A DNA stretch of 64,000 nucleotides from Octopus vulgaris (GCA_951406725.2 OX597819.1:64852001-64916000), one strand, 5' to 3'. Shown: positions 39,298 through 53,221, numbered from the stretch's first letter. The notes: generated by a model from the sequence alone, not told the origin. A program made the numbers and translations.

Positions 39298-39445
39298 AAA
39301 GAGAAATTGGAGAAGTATCGATCAACAACAATTGAATTACATCAGTTATCATTTTTTGATCCAATACAAATAGACTGCATTGTATTGAATTAAATAAGAA
39401 TAATTATCGTAAGTCAATGTTGTTGATCAATATGTCCCCGTTTCC

Positions 39446-39450
<5 letters not shown>
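39298..39450. repeat. Imperfect ~153-bp fold-back ending in (TA)n
   Basis: AAAGAGAAATTGGAGAAGTATCGATCAACAACAATTGAATTAC pairs with 39409-39450; inner CAATACAA/TTGTATTG stem. Confidence 0.7.
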
Positions 39451-39501
<51 letters not shown>

Positions 39502-39730
39502 ATTTTTATAAAGAAACCCGAATGAGTGATAGGTTACGGGGAAAAAGTGACCACGAAAGTGTTTTTTATACAATAGTAAATATGATAGTATAAAATAATA
39601 ATAAATATACTCCGGTTATAGCGACAAATATCTAAACAAATGACTGAAAACTGATGAGAAGATCACGTCGAAATTGAACACGTATATCAGCGCTTATATA
39701 GCACTAAACGTATTCGATACAACATAAGGA

Positions 39731-39768
<38 letters not shown>

Positions 39769-39836
39769 GCAATATATATACATATAGATGGATACATACA
39801 ACTAAGTATATATAAAAATTTGAGCACACATATACA

Positions 39837-39898
<62 letters not shown>

Positions 39899-41327
39899 TA
39901 GACCAGTATATTTACATAGTACATCAAAAATATAGAATATTAAGGAGATAATGCATAGATTTTTGACTCGATAACTGCTTCTGATAGCTGAGTTACGTAA
40001 TAATCGTAATGTTCATAATCTGCTGATAACATGTGAAAAACGACATGGGTATGCAGTAGTTAAATGGTCAGTTTTGCCAAATCCTAATGAAGAAAACCGG
40101 TTATATGGTAGTATCTTTATATGAACATTTAACGATTGCCTAACCATGCCTTTTTGCGCATTCCATCTGCTAACTATGAACGTTTCGCTTATTACGTAAT
40201 TCCAAGTTACCAAAAACAGTTAAAGAAGTGTTTCGATCCAACAAACTCTACTTATACGCAATTAGCCGTCTAAACTAAGTTCGAAACACGTAACTTGATG
40301 TCACAGGATTACTTTTCCAAGTTCATCAAACCACAGAGAGCAAAACTGCAGCATCTTTTGGATGGATTCCAGTTTTTTTATATTTTGTATCGTGCTAATT
40401 AATTTTTCGCTTTTTCCACTTGTTTGTAATGGAACATTATTTTTTTTTTCATTCTCTTGATAATGTAATATTCTAACATCATTTTCAGCATTTAATTCAC
40501 GTATTCTTAAATTCCTTCAGATATTTGGTTGATATTTTAAGTTATGCTTATCGTTGATGCCTCTAAACATTGAATGTATTCCAACAATCTGATTCTTCCA
40601 CTCATTTTAATGTATCACTCATTTTAATGCGTTGTATAAAGCAAGTGATTGTAGATATGACTGGATTACGTGTTCTACTTCATGACTAAATATATCTCTG
40701 TTGATTTATATTAAATCTTAATTATGTAATTTTCGTTGAGATATGCGAATATCTAAAGCAAACTCAATATTGTAGGAAGCAAACATACAGAGATTAGCAG
40801 AGGAAAAAAATCTTAAAATATTTAATGAAATCCCACGAATGATAATATATATAAAAGAGTGGAAAATAATACAGATATACAATAGGAGGAAAATGTACTC
40901 GGAATGAAAAAGCAATATATTCTATTAGAAGAGATTGTGTTGTTATCGAAAGTGTCAACGTATATTGAAATAAAACAAAGAGAATATAAATTGAAGCCAA
41001 CATAATATTAGCAAAACTAATATTCATGCCATATATAACATACACAAGCATGATCTCCAGAAAGAAAAAATATAAGATACAACTCGACTACAAAATTCAA
41101 GCTAAGAGATATACGAAATTATATATTAATCAATGAAGACATCCTATAAGCAATAATAGGAAATTTATTAAAAATAATATTCTTTGAATATAAAAAAAAA
41201 GAAGAGGAATTTACTCTCAAAAATTTATACTACAGCAAACAAAAGGAAAGAATATACTACAGCAAAAAGGTCGTTCATTTATACGTCTGCAGCAGATCAA
41301 AAATAAATTTTAAAAATAATAATGATG

Positions 41328-41370
<43 letters not shown>

Positions 41371-41416
41371 TAATAATAATAGCAATAATAATAATAATAA
41401 TATAATAATAATAATA

Positions 41417-41455
<39 letters not shown>

Positions 41456-41540
41456 ATTGTAATAATAATAATAATAATAATTATAATTGTACTGATGCTA
41501 GTGTTGGTGCCATTCCTGCTGTTGTTGCTTCTGATCTTAA

Positions 41541-41572
<32 letters not shown>

Positions 41573-41589
41573 ATAGCTAATTCATTTAA

Positions 41590-41940
41590 GAAACCCAAGA
41601 TGTTGGAAGATTGCTGATTGTGACCAACCGTGGGAAACCTGAAACAAGAAATCAAATCGCTAATTACAGACGCTCAGAAACAAACCATTACGAGGATGTT
41701 CTTAAGAGTAAATATCAAGAAAAATTTGTGTCACAGGGGAAACGCACGATGTGTGGGAAACGAGACGAAATAATTAACCAATTGATGAGTAAATGCAGTA
41801 CTCTAGTTCAGAAAGAGTATAAGAGTAGGCATAAATGTGTAGGTAAATAGAGTATTGAAATATTAGACGAATGTGATTAATCGAGCTAGGACAAAAGTGG
41901 TACGAAGACAAGCCAATTTACAGGATTTTACGGGACTTAC
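41590..41940 (+). mobile_element. R4/Dong-type fragment (CCHC zinc knuckle region)
   Basis: LKQEIKSLITDAQ, MCGKRDEIINQLMSKCSTLVQKEYKSRH. Confidence 0.7.
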
Positions 41941-42477
41941 TCATAAAACATTCGAAGCTACTCAACATAAATAATATCTAAATCACGTAGGATTTTTCAC
42001 GTAGTGGTTGGAAACGGCTGGATAGGTTAGCCGACAGTGTGTCGTTTCGACATTCTGTGATTTTTACCAATAAGTTTTAGAGCAACTAAGTTCAGCTTAT
42101 GCGATCTCCACACTACGTTTATACTGATGATTATCCAGCCTGAATGTTCTCTCACAATATGAATATAAAGGCAATAGAGCTATCGTCTGGACAATAAAAA
42201 GGCAGAGTCATCTGCTATATTGTATATCTTAATCCAGTAAGTGTTACTTGGACCTAATAGCAGACGTTTCATATTTGAGGGTCTCACGTCACGTAATATT
42301 TAACATCTGAGCGAAACACATAACTGCACCAGGTTCTCTGCTGCTGCTGATAATGATAATAATAATAATAATAAATAATAATAATAATAAATAATAATAA
42401 TAATAAATAATAATAATGATAATGATAAAAATAATAATAATAATGAAAATAATAGTAATAATAATAATTATAATAAT

Positions 42478-42544
<67 letters not shown>

Positions 42545-42627
42545 TATACTACTACTACTACTAATAATAATAATAATATTAATAATAATAATAATAATAA
42601 TGATAATAATAATAACAATAATATTAC

Positions 42628-43121
42628 AAAAAAAGAAAGATAGATGCGAATAGGCCAGACATCATATTGAAAGACCTCAGACAAAAAACATGCCCCCTCA
42701 TTGTTATGACTGTCCCAACCGTTATAAACGTATCTATCAAAACCTACCAAAAACTGAGTAAAAGACTTGAAATAGAAATCAGCAAAATGTGGAACCTGAA
42801 GAATAAAACAATACCTCCTGTCATAGGTGTCCTGGGATTGATAGCAAAATGGGCTGCTTGCTACCTAACTCAGATACCAGGAAACACAAAAATGGTAGAA
42901 ATTCAAAAGATAATTCATGGGAATTATATCCTACGCAAAATACTTTCTATGTAATCTCAAGTTTTAAAACAAATATAATTTCCGTATGGCTTGTTAGACA
43001 TTCACTGGTACAACACAAAACCAAATATATGGCACCCACATGAACTTCCAACTTGTTGTCTCTTGAGGTCTCTGGGTGAGACTGGGAGTCAACTTGTACA
43101 AATGTAAAGCAAAATTAAAAC

Positions 43122-43122
<1 letters not shown>
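42628..43122 (+). mobile_element. R4/Dong-type 3' end (RLE domain + 3' UTR) flanked by (TAA)n
   Basis: RKIDANRPDIILKD..TC..LEIEISKMW..TIPPVIGVLG..ILRKILSM*. Confidence 0.85.
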
Positions 43123-43217
<95 letters not shown>

Positions 43218-43549
43218 GGAACATCATGGCCATGTGTCGAGAGGGATTATTTGGGGTTTGAATAATTCACCTCTGGAAACATAGGTGTTTCGTTCAACAT
43301 CCTAAAGCAACCCTTATTCAGGGACCTTTTGAGCAGGATGGGCTACTCAACCTGAAGAAAATTCTAACTGGGCTCCACCTGCAAGGTCATGTGCTGTTTA
43401 TCTTGCTATGAGATCACCAAGTCGCGCACATATGGTTGTGATGCATGTGCCTGGTGTACCTTTATCAGACGGGTAGTCATGATGGGTATATTGGGCTTCG
43501 TATATTTTACCCCAGTGTCACTTTGATGGCATGAACTGCTCTCTCACTC

Positions 43550-43550
<1 letters not shown>
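43218..43550 (+). mobile_element. Non-coding (AAT)n-tailed retroposon, copy 1 (5'-truncated)
   Basis: Shares 3' end CTGCTCTCTCACTCA(ATA)n with copies 2 and 3. Confidence 0.85.
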
Positions 43551-43620
<70 letters not shown>

Positions 43621-43621
<1 letters not shown>

Positions 43622-44177
43622 TGCCCTGATGCAGTACCAGGCAGTAGCTCTCAGGGCTGCTGATCTTAACTGATCGGAAGTGTTATCATGTACATTGTTT
43701 TGTTTTGGTATAAAAGATGGGCTACAGCAAATATTCTGCTCAATATCACAGATTTGCTTGTCAGTTGTTTGACCTTAACCAGTTGAGCATATCCCTTAGT
43801 GGCTGACGATATGTGCATCTCTGATCACGAGCAGAAATAGTGGGGGAGCATCATAGCCATGTGTTGAGAGGGATTCTTTGGGGTTTGAATAATTCACCTC
43901 TGGAAACATGGGTGTTTCTTTCAACATCCTTAAACAACCCTTATTCAGGGACCTTTTGAGCAGGATGGGTTACTCGACCTGAAGAAAATTCTAACTGGGC
44001 CCCGCTTGCAAGGTCATGTGCTGTTTATCTTGATATGAGATCACCATGTCGCACACATATGGTTGTGATGCATGTGCCTGGTGTACCCTTATCAGACGGG
44101 TAGTCATGATGGGTATATTGGGCTTCGTATATTTTACCCCAGTGTCACTTTGATGGCATGAACTGCTCTCTCACTCA
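43621..44177 (+). mobile_element. Non-coding (AAT)n-tailed retroposon, copy 2 (longest)
   Basis: Highly similar to copies 1 and 3; same 3' end. Confidence 0.85.
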
Positions 44178-44180
44178 ATG

Positions 44181-44232
<52 letters not shown>

Positions 44233-44268
44233 TAATAATAATAATGATAATAATAATAATAATAATAA

Positions 44269-44694
44269 CATTTGCTTGTCAGTTGTTTGACCTTAACCAG
44301 TTGAACATGTCCCTTAGTGGCTGACGATATGTGCATCTCTGATCACGAGCAGAAGTAGTGGGGGAGCATCATAGCTATGTGTTGAGAGGAATTATTTGGG
44401 GTTTGGATAATTCACCTCTGGAAACAGGGGTGTTTGGTTCTACATCCTTAAATAACCCTTATTCAGGGACCTTTTGAGCGGGATGGGCTACTCGACCAGA
44501 AGAAAATTCTAATTGGGCCCCACCTGCAAGGTCATGTGCTGTTTATCTTGATATGAGATCACCATGTCGCGCACATATGGTTGTGATGCATGTGCCTGGT
44601 GTACCCTTATCAGACGGGTAGTCATGATGGGTATACTGGGCTTCGTATATTTTACCCCAGTGTCACTTTGATGGCATGCACTGCTCTCTCACGC

Positions 44695-44695
<1 letters not shown>
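44269..44695 (+). mobile_element. Non-coding (AAT)n-tailed retroposon, copy 3
   Basis: Intermediate 5' truncation; same 3' end. Confidence 0.85.
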
Positions 44696-44753
<58 letters not shown>

Positions 44754-44807
44754 TAATAATAATAATAATAACAATGATAATGATGACAGTAATAATAATA
44801 ATAATGA

Positions 44808-45525
44808 TAGAGATTGAAACAATAGACCAACTAATCGCAGGGTGTAGAGTCTTAGCACCTGTAGAATATAAAGCAAGACATGACTGGGTTGACCAGTAAT
44901 TACACTGGACAATATGTCGGCATTATACGATCAAAACCGCTAACAAATGGTATAAACACCATCCTGAAGCTGTGACTGAGGGAGGAAATGTGTCGATTCT
45001 ATGGGACTTCCTCTTAAATACCGACAAAACTATAAAACCTAATAAACCGGATATTATCATAATACATCAGACAAAAAGAATGTGTTTATTAATTGACATG
45101 ACTATTCCTTGCGATCACAATATAGCGGCGAAAGAATTTGACAAGATTGGTAAATATAAAGACTTGCTAATAGTAATTGAAAAAATGTGGCATATCAAGG
45201 CGACTACAGTACCAGTGATTGTAGGATATCTAGGAATGATAAAAAAAAAAGGTACTGAAACCTATTTGAAAATGATACCAGGCTTACCATCCCTACAAGA
45301 ATTACAAAAAATCGTGTTAACTGGAACGGCTCATGTACTGAGAAGAGCATTATCGCTGTGAAAACAACAATCATTCATGAATTTATTTATTCATTCATTT
45401 CTTAAATGCTTATTTTGCCTGTGAATTAGCGTGTGTAATCTGGGAATGCATACAATGAGCTTCTCTGCCCTAGGTGTACGGAAAACACTTGGCGAGAAAC
45501 GGAAGAAAATTTGAAGAAAGAAGGA
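44808..45525 (+). mobile_element. R4/Dong-type 3' end (knuckle + RLE + 3' UTR)
   Basis: ETIDQLIAGC..EYKARHD..LHW..KWYKH.PE..ILWDF..NKPDII..CLLIDMTIP..KEFDKIGKYKDL..PVIVGYLG..GTAHVLRRAL*; flanked by (AAT)n. Confidence 0.9.
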
Positions 45526-45538
45526 ATAATAATAATAA

Positions 45539-45609
<71 letters not shown>

Positions 45610-45619
45610 ATAGTAGTAG

Positions 45620-45943
45620 TAGAAGAGTAATAGCCAGGTTTTCCATTGGGCACATTGCTACAAGTATGGTCTTGACAAAGCAAACAATTGCTACGACCAC
45701 AAATCTGAAGGCATCGTGGAAAATAGACATGCAAAGATCCTATGGGATTTTATGATTCAGTGCGCCCATGAGATACAGAATAGGAAGCCAGATATAGTCT
45801 TAATTGAGAAAGAAAACAAACTATGCTGCATCATAGATATTGAAAACCCAGCTGACAACAAGGTTTACGATAAGGAAGAAAGGAAAGTTGAGAGAAAGGA
45901 CTGGTTAGCTTGGGAAGTTAAGCAGCTGTGGTCTATATTTTGA
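45620..45943 (+). mobile_element. Another R4/Dong-type RLE fragment (different family)
   Basis: HW..YDHKSEGIVEN..KILWDFMIQ..NRKPDIVLIEK..CCIIDI.NPAD..KEERK..EVKQLW. Confidence 0.85.
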
Positions 45944-48399
45944 AGTGAAGTGCAGAAAATATCTGAATACTATTGTCGAGAATAAATGTGTTGAGTGAGA
46001 ATAGAAGCAGTTACTATCATGCTATATGTTTTCATAACTGTTAAAAATTGATGCACAGAAATACATTCAAGATCCTTACTAGATTCAGCTACTTATTATA
46101 TTAAGTAAAATAACACAAGCGTGAACTATAGACGTACTTCTTGCATTGCTATAGATACAACACAGCAACAACAACAACAACAACTACAACAATAACAGCA
46201 GCGGTAGTAGCAGCGACAACAACAATAATAATAAAGAAGCGCCAAGTGAAAACAAAGCACCTGCGCTCTATTGTGCATCAAAATATCCCAATATAATAAC
46301 GAGATCTAAAATAATTCAATTTCTAAAATTGGCGCATGAAATTAACTACAGTTTTCCTAAATTCAATCAACCCAAATCATTGACTGATAATGACTGCGCG
46401 GAACATTTGGTTTCAAAACTGTAATAATATAGATCTCTATCGCTGTCATTAATACTATTGACAATATTTACATAATCTATGATCATCGTTCATTCGATAT
46501 CTAAGAATCTATTTTAGTATCGTTTTGTCAATGTTGATTTTTTTGTCGCCTTCCCTAAACAAAAACGTCTGAAACATGTAGATAGGGATCTTCATAAAAA
46601 GGAAAATAGCAACCTATACTTCACCGTAGATCGCCGCGTAATAAACAAGAGAAGAAAAGAAAAATATAAAGATAGTTTGCAAACGCATTGCATTATCTCT
46701 GATTAGATTCGATTTCATATAAATTTAACCATTCTTTCGCTTGACTGAAGAGCAGCATGTTGAAAACATCGATATTAGTTCACCTCCGGCACTAACTTTT
46801 AACCAGATTGTTATTTTCATTTTCACTTATATATGATGCGAATTATCACGTAACATAAAATCTCAATCGGTGAATAACCGCAATGAATAACCTTGACGAA
46901 AACGAAGCAAGTGTTAATTCTACAAATAAAACCAGAATCTTTTTAGCCTTACTTGTTTTTTTTGGGTTTTTTTTTTTGATTTTCTGGATTATTTGATTAA
47001 TGCGTTCTTTGATAATAGGTTTACCTAATCTTACAGAAACAAACAGTAAAATTTGTTAGTTAAACAGAATAATGGAAAAGATAAAGGATTGGAGATATGC
47101 GTAATAAAAATGTTTAGTGACAAAAGAAATTTCTGCTCTGTTCGTTATCAACTCTTACGAAAACAACAAGAATTAAAAATCAATAAAATTTCGCATAGTA
47201 ATTATTATAATTATACTTATAATCTTAATTATAAATATGAACATCTTACTGCCAAATAAAATAAAAATGGAAATAGAAACAACGGGAAATCGTTGAGAAT
47301 AAAAAGTCGATGGTACTGCATTTGAGAGCTATAAACACAAAAATATTATTAATATAAAGTAATGCATCAGTGACAATATTGATTTCGTATATTCGAAGGA
47401 AGCAACCTTTTCATCTGATAGCTATTGATTTCTTTAATACGTAAATTGTCAGGTAATTATACCACTCAGTATATAATATTCTATCGAGGTTGAACGCCTT
47501 TGGATACTGGTGTTAATGATAGGATGTTCGTACCGGTTTTAACCGAGGGTCATTTAATATTGTTGTATATCACTCCTCACATTTCTTTGCGATTTTACTT
47601 TCTGAACGCCTTTTATTAAAAGCGTTAAGAAATGTCGATAGCCCATTGCTGAAATTCAGACCTAAGAAAAGATGGGTGCATGCGTGAGAGACGTAGATCA
47701 ACCTTTACAGATTCTCTCTCTCCCTGGAGAAGTCTTTATCAAGGAAGAGTGTATCTTCTACATAAAAAATGGATCCCCAGTGCTCTCTACCGGAGATTTT
47801 CCCAAAGTTGCTGCCTCTACAAATTGCATATTTTTTTGTAGTAATGATATATACTTCGCTTTTCCTCAAGATTCACTCAGCCTTCGTTCGTCAACCCCCA
47901 ACCCATAAGCTTCATATTCTTGCAAGTTTATAAGCATATTTGAAGGTAATGATGTGAGCTCGGAAATGTGTGTGTCGTTTGAATTATGCTGTTGCTGTTC
48001 TTGGCGTTGGTAGGGGCTGTCTCACACTTAATTTTTCGTCTCTTCTGCCGCTTATGAATGCAAATAACCTATTTCGTTTACCGTTTAGACGTTTGGGAGC
48101 TCCAAGTTTTCATTTGTTGCTGTCTAGATTGTGTGGCCACCATGTTGCTTGGTATTTCTTTGAAATTTTCATTCACGACTTTGAATAATTTTTACGTTCA
48201 CAGTTGTACGTATTACCTGGGAATTTTATTTTGAAGAGGTTCTCATTTCATTACACAAAAGGAGGAATAATTCCGTTTGTCTTATTGACCAGGTCAGGAA
48301 GTGTTTTCAGTCCATGGTGATTTTTATCTATCACTCACCATCAATGCCAAATCGGCACTAAGCCGTGTCCATTGTGCTTCGTATTTGCGATCTCTAGGT

Positions 48400-48533
48400 A
48401 GGGATCGAGTTTTGGGTTCAGTCCCACCGCGTTGGACTTTAGTGTCTTCTACTATAGTGTCGGGCCGACCAACGCCTTGTGAGTGAATTTGATAGACGGA
48501 AACTGAAAGAAGCCCGTCGTATATATGTATATG

Positions 48534-48564
<31 letters not shown>

Positions 48565-48770
48565 TTGTGTGTCTGTGTTTGTCCCCTCAACATCGCTTGA
48601 CAAACGATGCTTGTGTGTTTACATCCCCATAACTTAGCGGTTCGGCAAAATAGACTGATAGAATATGTACTATGCTTACAAAGAATAAGTCCTGGGGTCG
48701 ACTTGCTCGATTAAGGCGGTGCTCCAGCATGACCGCAGTCAAATGACTGAAACAAGTAAAAGAGTAAACT
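48400..48770 (+). mobile_element. SINE family A
   Basis: GGGTTCAGTCCCAC through GAAACAAGTAAAAGAGTAA. Confidence 0.9.
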
Positions 48771-49319
48771 AACATTACAGAGTATATTTCTGTCGCGTTA
48801 TCTCTTTTTAAAAACAAACTTCATAAATGTATGGTACCACATCCGGATCGCAATTCACTCCCAGTGTATGAGAAGTATTGTTTAATTTGAATAAAACAAA
48901 GTAAACCCCATTGGTTTTCGCAAACGAAAAGCGCTTTATTTCTCTCTCTTCTGAACTGATAATAGATCCTGGCACGAATGTGCATATTTCATAAACATAA
49001 AATGGAAATACTTTAATCATTTCAACGACGTGTTTCACATATATCTTTCTTATACTGGAAAGTATATTGGCAAATGATGGACTCTTGGCTGAATAGGAAG
49101 GCGAACGAAACGACATTGATTATTTCGGCGGCGACGGCGTTGAGTGTGAGATAGGGAAAGCGCAGAACGGTAATAATAAGGAAAGTAAATCCTGGATGCA
49201 AAAGTGATGAGAAAGAGAAGGATAAGAAGGGAAAGAGTGAAGAGGATAGAAAATAGTGATAACTCAGAATTCAAGGGTAACATAAATGGCCAAACAGAAT
49301 ACCATTATTGCTCTTGCTA

Positions 49320-49730
49320 AGACCACTACTACAACAACTACTACCATCACAACCAACACCACAAACAACTAGTACTGCTACTACTACTATTACTACTACA
49401 ACTAACAACAACGGCACCACCATTACTGCTACCAGTGCTTCTACCATTACTACTACTATCATCACAACCAACCACCAACAACTACTACTACTACTGCTGC
49501 TACTACTACTACAACTAATAACAACAGCACCACCATTACTGCTACCAGCGCTACTACTACTAACAGCACTAACAGCTATTTCTGCTGCTGCTGTTACTGC
49601 TACTGCTACAACGAAAATTACTACTAATACTGCTACTGCTACTGCTAATACTAATACTGATACTACTACTACTAACAACAACAGCAGCACCACCATTACT
49701 GCTACCAGTACTACTACTACAACATTACAA
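49320..49730. repeat. (ACT)/(ACA)/(GCT) compound microsatellite
   Basis: Directly visible; explains the Thr/Ala-rich ORFs. Confidence 0.9.
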
Positions 49731-50969
49731 GTGGCATGCAAGTGAGACGTTTCTAGGAATATTTTGTTTGTAACTGAGAAAGTGCAAAATCATCGAAAAG
49801 CCTGTCTGTCTGTCTGTCTCTCTGTCACAGGAACCCATTCGATATTATATACGATGTATTCTTTCACACAAGCTCATATACAGAAACCCTTCTTAAAGAA
49901 GAGTTTGTCACATTCGGATGGCTATCGATAATATGGTGCCTCCGGGAGTGTTTTTGTGTGTTTTTCACGTATCATAATTTTTGCTATGTTAACCCCGTCC
50001 AATTGTATTAACCGCATCTTGTGTTATTAACCAAACGTTATAATGACGCCTTCGTTAATTGTATTAACGGAAGCGATAATTTTGTAACTTTGCGTATCCT
50101 TTTATCGCAATTTGGCTACATATTATACTTCTTAACTGGTAAAATTTTCACTCTATAAATATGGAAGAAAATACGAAATGCTTAACTAGTGGTCATATTT
50201 TGTTTCATTGAAATTTTATAAGATTTTTTTATTCGCATAGATTATCAAGCGTCTTTCATTATTTGTTTTATAGTCACAATGCTTGAAATGAGATATAACT
50301 GTCTGTTATTGCTAAACTGTCGTGCAACCTCAAAAAGAAACCCTGATTGGTTTGAATGCAAACTAGTCATTTTCAGAGGTCTATCAATTTCTTTCGTTTT
50401 ACTACTTTTTAAAGCGATTATTATCTCCTAAATTATCAAAGCTGAATATAAAACAGCCGTTTTCTCCTCCATCATTTCGGGGATTTTCAAAATGTTAATT
50501 TCAATACATTCCTATCTGCCGTACCGTATTACCGTTGTATAAGATTATATCGCTCTTCTAATTTCTATCATCAGCCATCACTCGCTATTTCAATATCTCT
50601 CTCTTTCTTTCTCTCTCTCCCTCTCTCTCTCTCCCTCTCTTTCTCTCTCTCTCTCTCTCAATTTGTTCATTTCTTCATTGATGTCGCTATCTTTATTTTT
50701 CCGATTCTATCTATCTCTCTATTCGTAGTATCAGAGCCAACCATTCATTCTGTTTGAGCGCCAAGTCATTGAGTTTACGCTTCACCTAATCCTTGAAACG
50801 AAACATCTAAATTATCCCATTTGTTGCAAACCCATGGCAACAACCTGAAATGTTTCTTTTATGGTATTTCATTAATATTTCAAAAGTATATTTCACGTAA
50901 TAATTTGTTATTAAAACTAGAAAAAATCGACCATGGAATACCAAATATATCGCTTCGTCTCTTTATCAA

Positions 50970-51133
50970 GTGGCAGGAGTGGACTCTGTGGTAAGAAGAT
51001 TTTCTCAACCACATGGTTCGGGGTTCAGTTCCGCTGTGTGGCAACTTGGGCGAGTGTCTTCAACTACAGACCAAAATCTTGTGAGTGGATTTGGTAGATT
51101 GAAACTGAAAGAAACCCGCCATATATATATATG

Positions 51134-51169
<36 letters not shown>

Positions 51170-51405
51170 TGTATGTATGTATGTATATGTATGTATATAT
51201 ATATGTATGTGTGTGTTTGTTAATTTGGTTTGTATTTGTCCTCCCAACCCGCCTTTGACAGCCGATGCTGGTGTGTTTACGACCCCGTTAGCTAACGCTT
51301 CGGCAAAAGATACCGATAGAATAAGTCCTGGGGCTGATTTGTTCGACTGAAGGTTGTGCTCCAGCATGGCTGCAGTCAAATGGCTGAAACAATTAAAAGT
51401 ATATA
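50970..51405 (+). mobile_element. SINE family A
   Basis: GGCAGGAGTGGACTCTGTGGTAAG head, CTTGGGCGAGTGTCTT core, tail. Confidence 0.85.
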
Positions 51406-51539
51406 AAACCAATAATATCACCATTGTCATACCGGCCATCGAAGTTAGATTTAATATATTTTCGTATTATTTACTTATTTATCAAATAACAAGAAATGCA
51501 CGACGTAGACCAAAATATATAATAATTCAGCTAATAATA

Positions 51540-51750
51540 TTGATTTCAAATTTTGGTACAAGGCCAGCGATTTCGGGGGAGGGGTTTTGACTAAATGGAT
51601 CCAAGTACTTAGCTGATACTTACTTTATCGACCACGAAATGATGTGACCCAGGATGTAAAGTTGACCCAGGATGTAATGTAAAACTTAATACCGATGACA
51701 ATGCCGCTATGCATTTTATCCGGCGTGCTAACGTTTCCACCAGCTCAACG
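51540..51750 (-). mobile_element. SINE family B, degraded
   Basis: ACAAGGCCAGCGATTTCGGGGGAGGGG and CGGCGTGCTAACGTTTCCACCAGCTCA. Confidence 0.7.
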
Positions 51751-51789
51751 TCAATAGTTTTCGAAAAAATATAACACTATACATTGACA

Positions 51790-51899
51790 GGAAGTCATTA
51801 TTAGACTTATTATTAAATACCGGAAGGCATTATTAGACTTATTAAATACTGGAAATCATTATTAGACTTATTATTAAATACCGGACTTCATTATTAGAC
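51790..51899. repeat. ~30-bp minisatellite, ~3.4 units
   Basis: CATTATTAGACTTATT(ATT)AAATAC(C/T)GGA repeated. Confidence 0.85.
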
Positions 51900-51959
51900 A
51901 AATAAGACGACACAAGTGTCATGATGTGTGGCAACATATTCTGATTTGTTGGGGTAATC

Positions 51960-52075
51960 TGGTGACTTAAGTTGCGTGGAATACGTTGTCTTGTTCAAGA
52001 ACACAACACAGACCCCATTTCAGGAATCGAATCTACGACCTCATGATTTTAAATCCGATGGTCTAACAACAGCGC
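51960..52075 (-). mobile_element. Third tRNA-derived SINE, degraded head
   Basis: Minus strand B-box-like AGATTCGATTCC followed by TGTGTTGTGTTCTTGAACAAGACA. Confidence 0.5.
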
Positions 52076-52404
52076 TGTAACATTGAATGTGTTTGGAAGC
52101 CTTTGCATATGCAAAACCATTAACGCACCACAATACATATATGTTAAGAAGTTAAGTAAGTTTTCATTGCGCGTCTAAATTACACAATGACACCCACGAT
52201 TATTTTCAGTTTCTTATTTCCAGTTTCTATAAGAGGAACCAGTAAATGATTGGAATCGATAAAACTCTGTGCTACTGGACAATTCAGTTGCCTGACTTTC
52301 TCTGTCTTTCTCTCTCTCTCACCCTCTCTCTCTTTCTCTGCCTCTCTATCTATCTATCTATTTATCTGAATACATATATATATATATATGCACATATATA
52401 TATA

Positions 52405-52448
<44 letters not shown>

Positions 52449-52547
52449 TAAGGAAAATTTTTTTTTTTTTTATAAAAAATGCAGAATGCTCAAATGAAAG
52501 AAAATTTTAATAAAATGAGAAATTGATAAAATATATAAATATATATT

Positions 52548-52588
52548 TATTCAACCGGTTTTCGTCATTGTATGACTTGTCAAGAATA
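52548..52588 (-). ncRNA. Minimal hammerhead motif, U3-A8 variant, in Penelope 3' end
   Basis: UAUUC UUGACAA GUCA-uacaa-UGAC GAAA ACCGGUU GAAUA; same strand as the RT. Confidence 0.55.
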
Positions 52589-53221
52589 TTTATGTTTTAA
52601 GAAGTTTTTTTAAAAATTAGAAAGGGGAAAAAAAGAAAATTGCATTGTTTTTTGTAAAAGAATAATGATAAAAATGTACAAAAATTAAAAAATAAGTTCT
52701 CCGATACATTGTGAGTTCGTTGTGTATCTTGAGTTTTATGGTTGTTTACGAAAAAATTACCTTGAGGTGTTAAGATCCAAAGGGATTAAGAGCATGTGTT
52801 GTGTTGTGTTGTTAAATTCAGCATGTTTGCAGGACAGGAAGTAGTAGTAATTGTGGTCCTGGTTCTTCAGTTCCTGTGTTGTGAGTAAGGGGAGACAACT
52901 CTTTTGAGTTCTTCAATAAAACCCAAATTATAAAACTATCATTTTAGCTTCATTTGCATTATCTTTTTTATATAATTGCTTGTTAACTTAACTTTCAGAT
53001 TTTAACACTTTATTTATATTATTTTCTAATAATATAAATCTGCATAGACAATTGCATTTCAAATTGTCATATCATTTATAATAAAAATGATAGTAATAAC
53101 AACAATAGTAAAAATGATATTTAAAGAATATAAGTTTTAGCTTGAAGTGATGAATGCATGGTATCTTTATATATTTGTGTTAGTCCATCCATGAAGAGTG
53201 AGGTAGAGAAAGGAAGTTTGA

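Noticed and set aside
49308-49745. Mucin-like Thr/Ala-rich ORF
   Set aside because: Compound trinucleotide microsatellite with no splice or domain support
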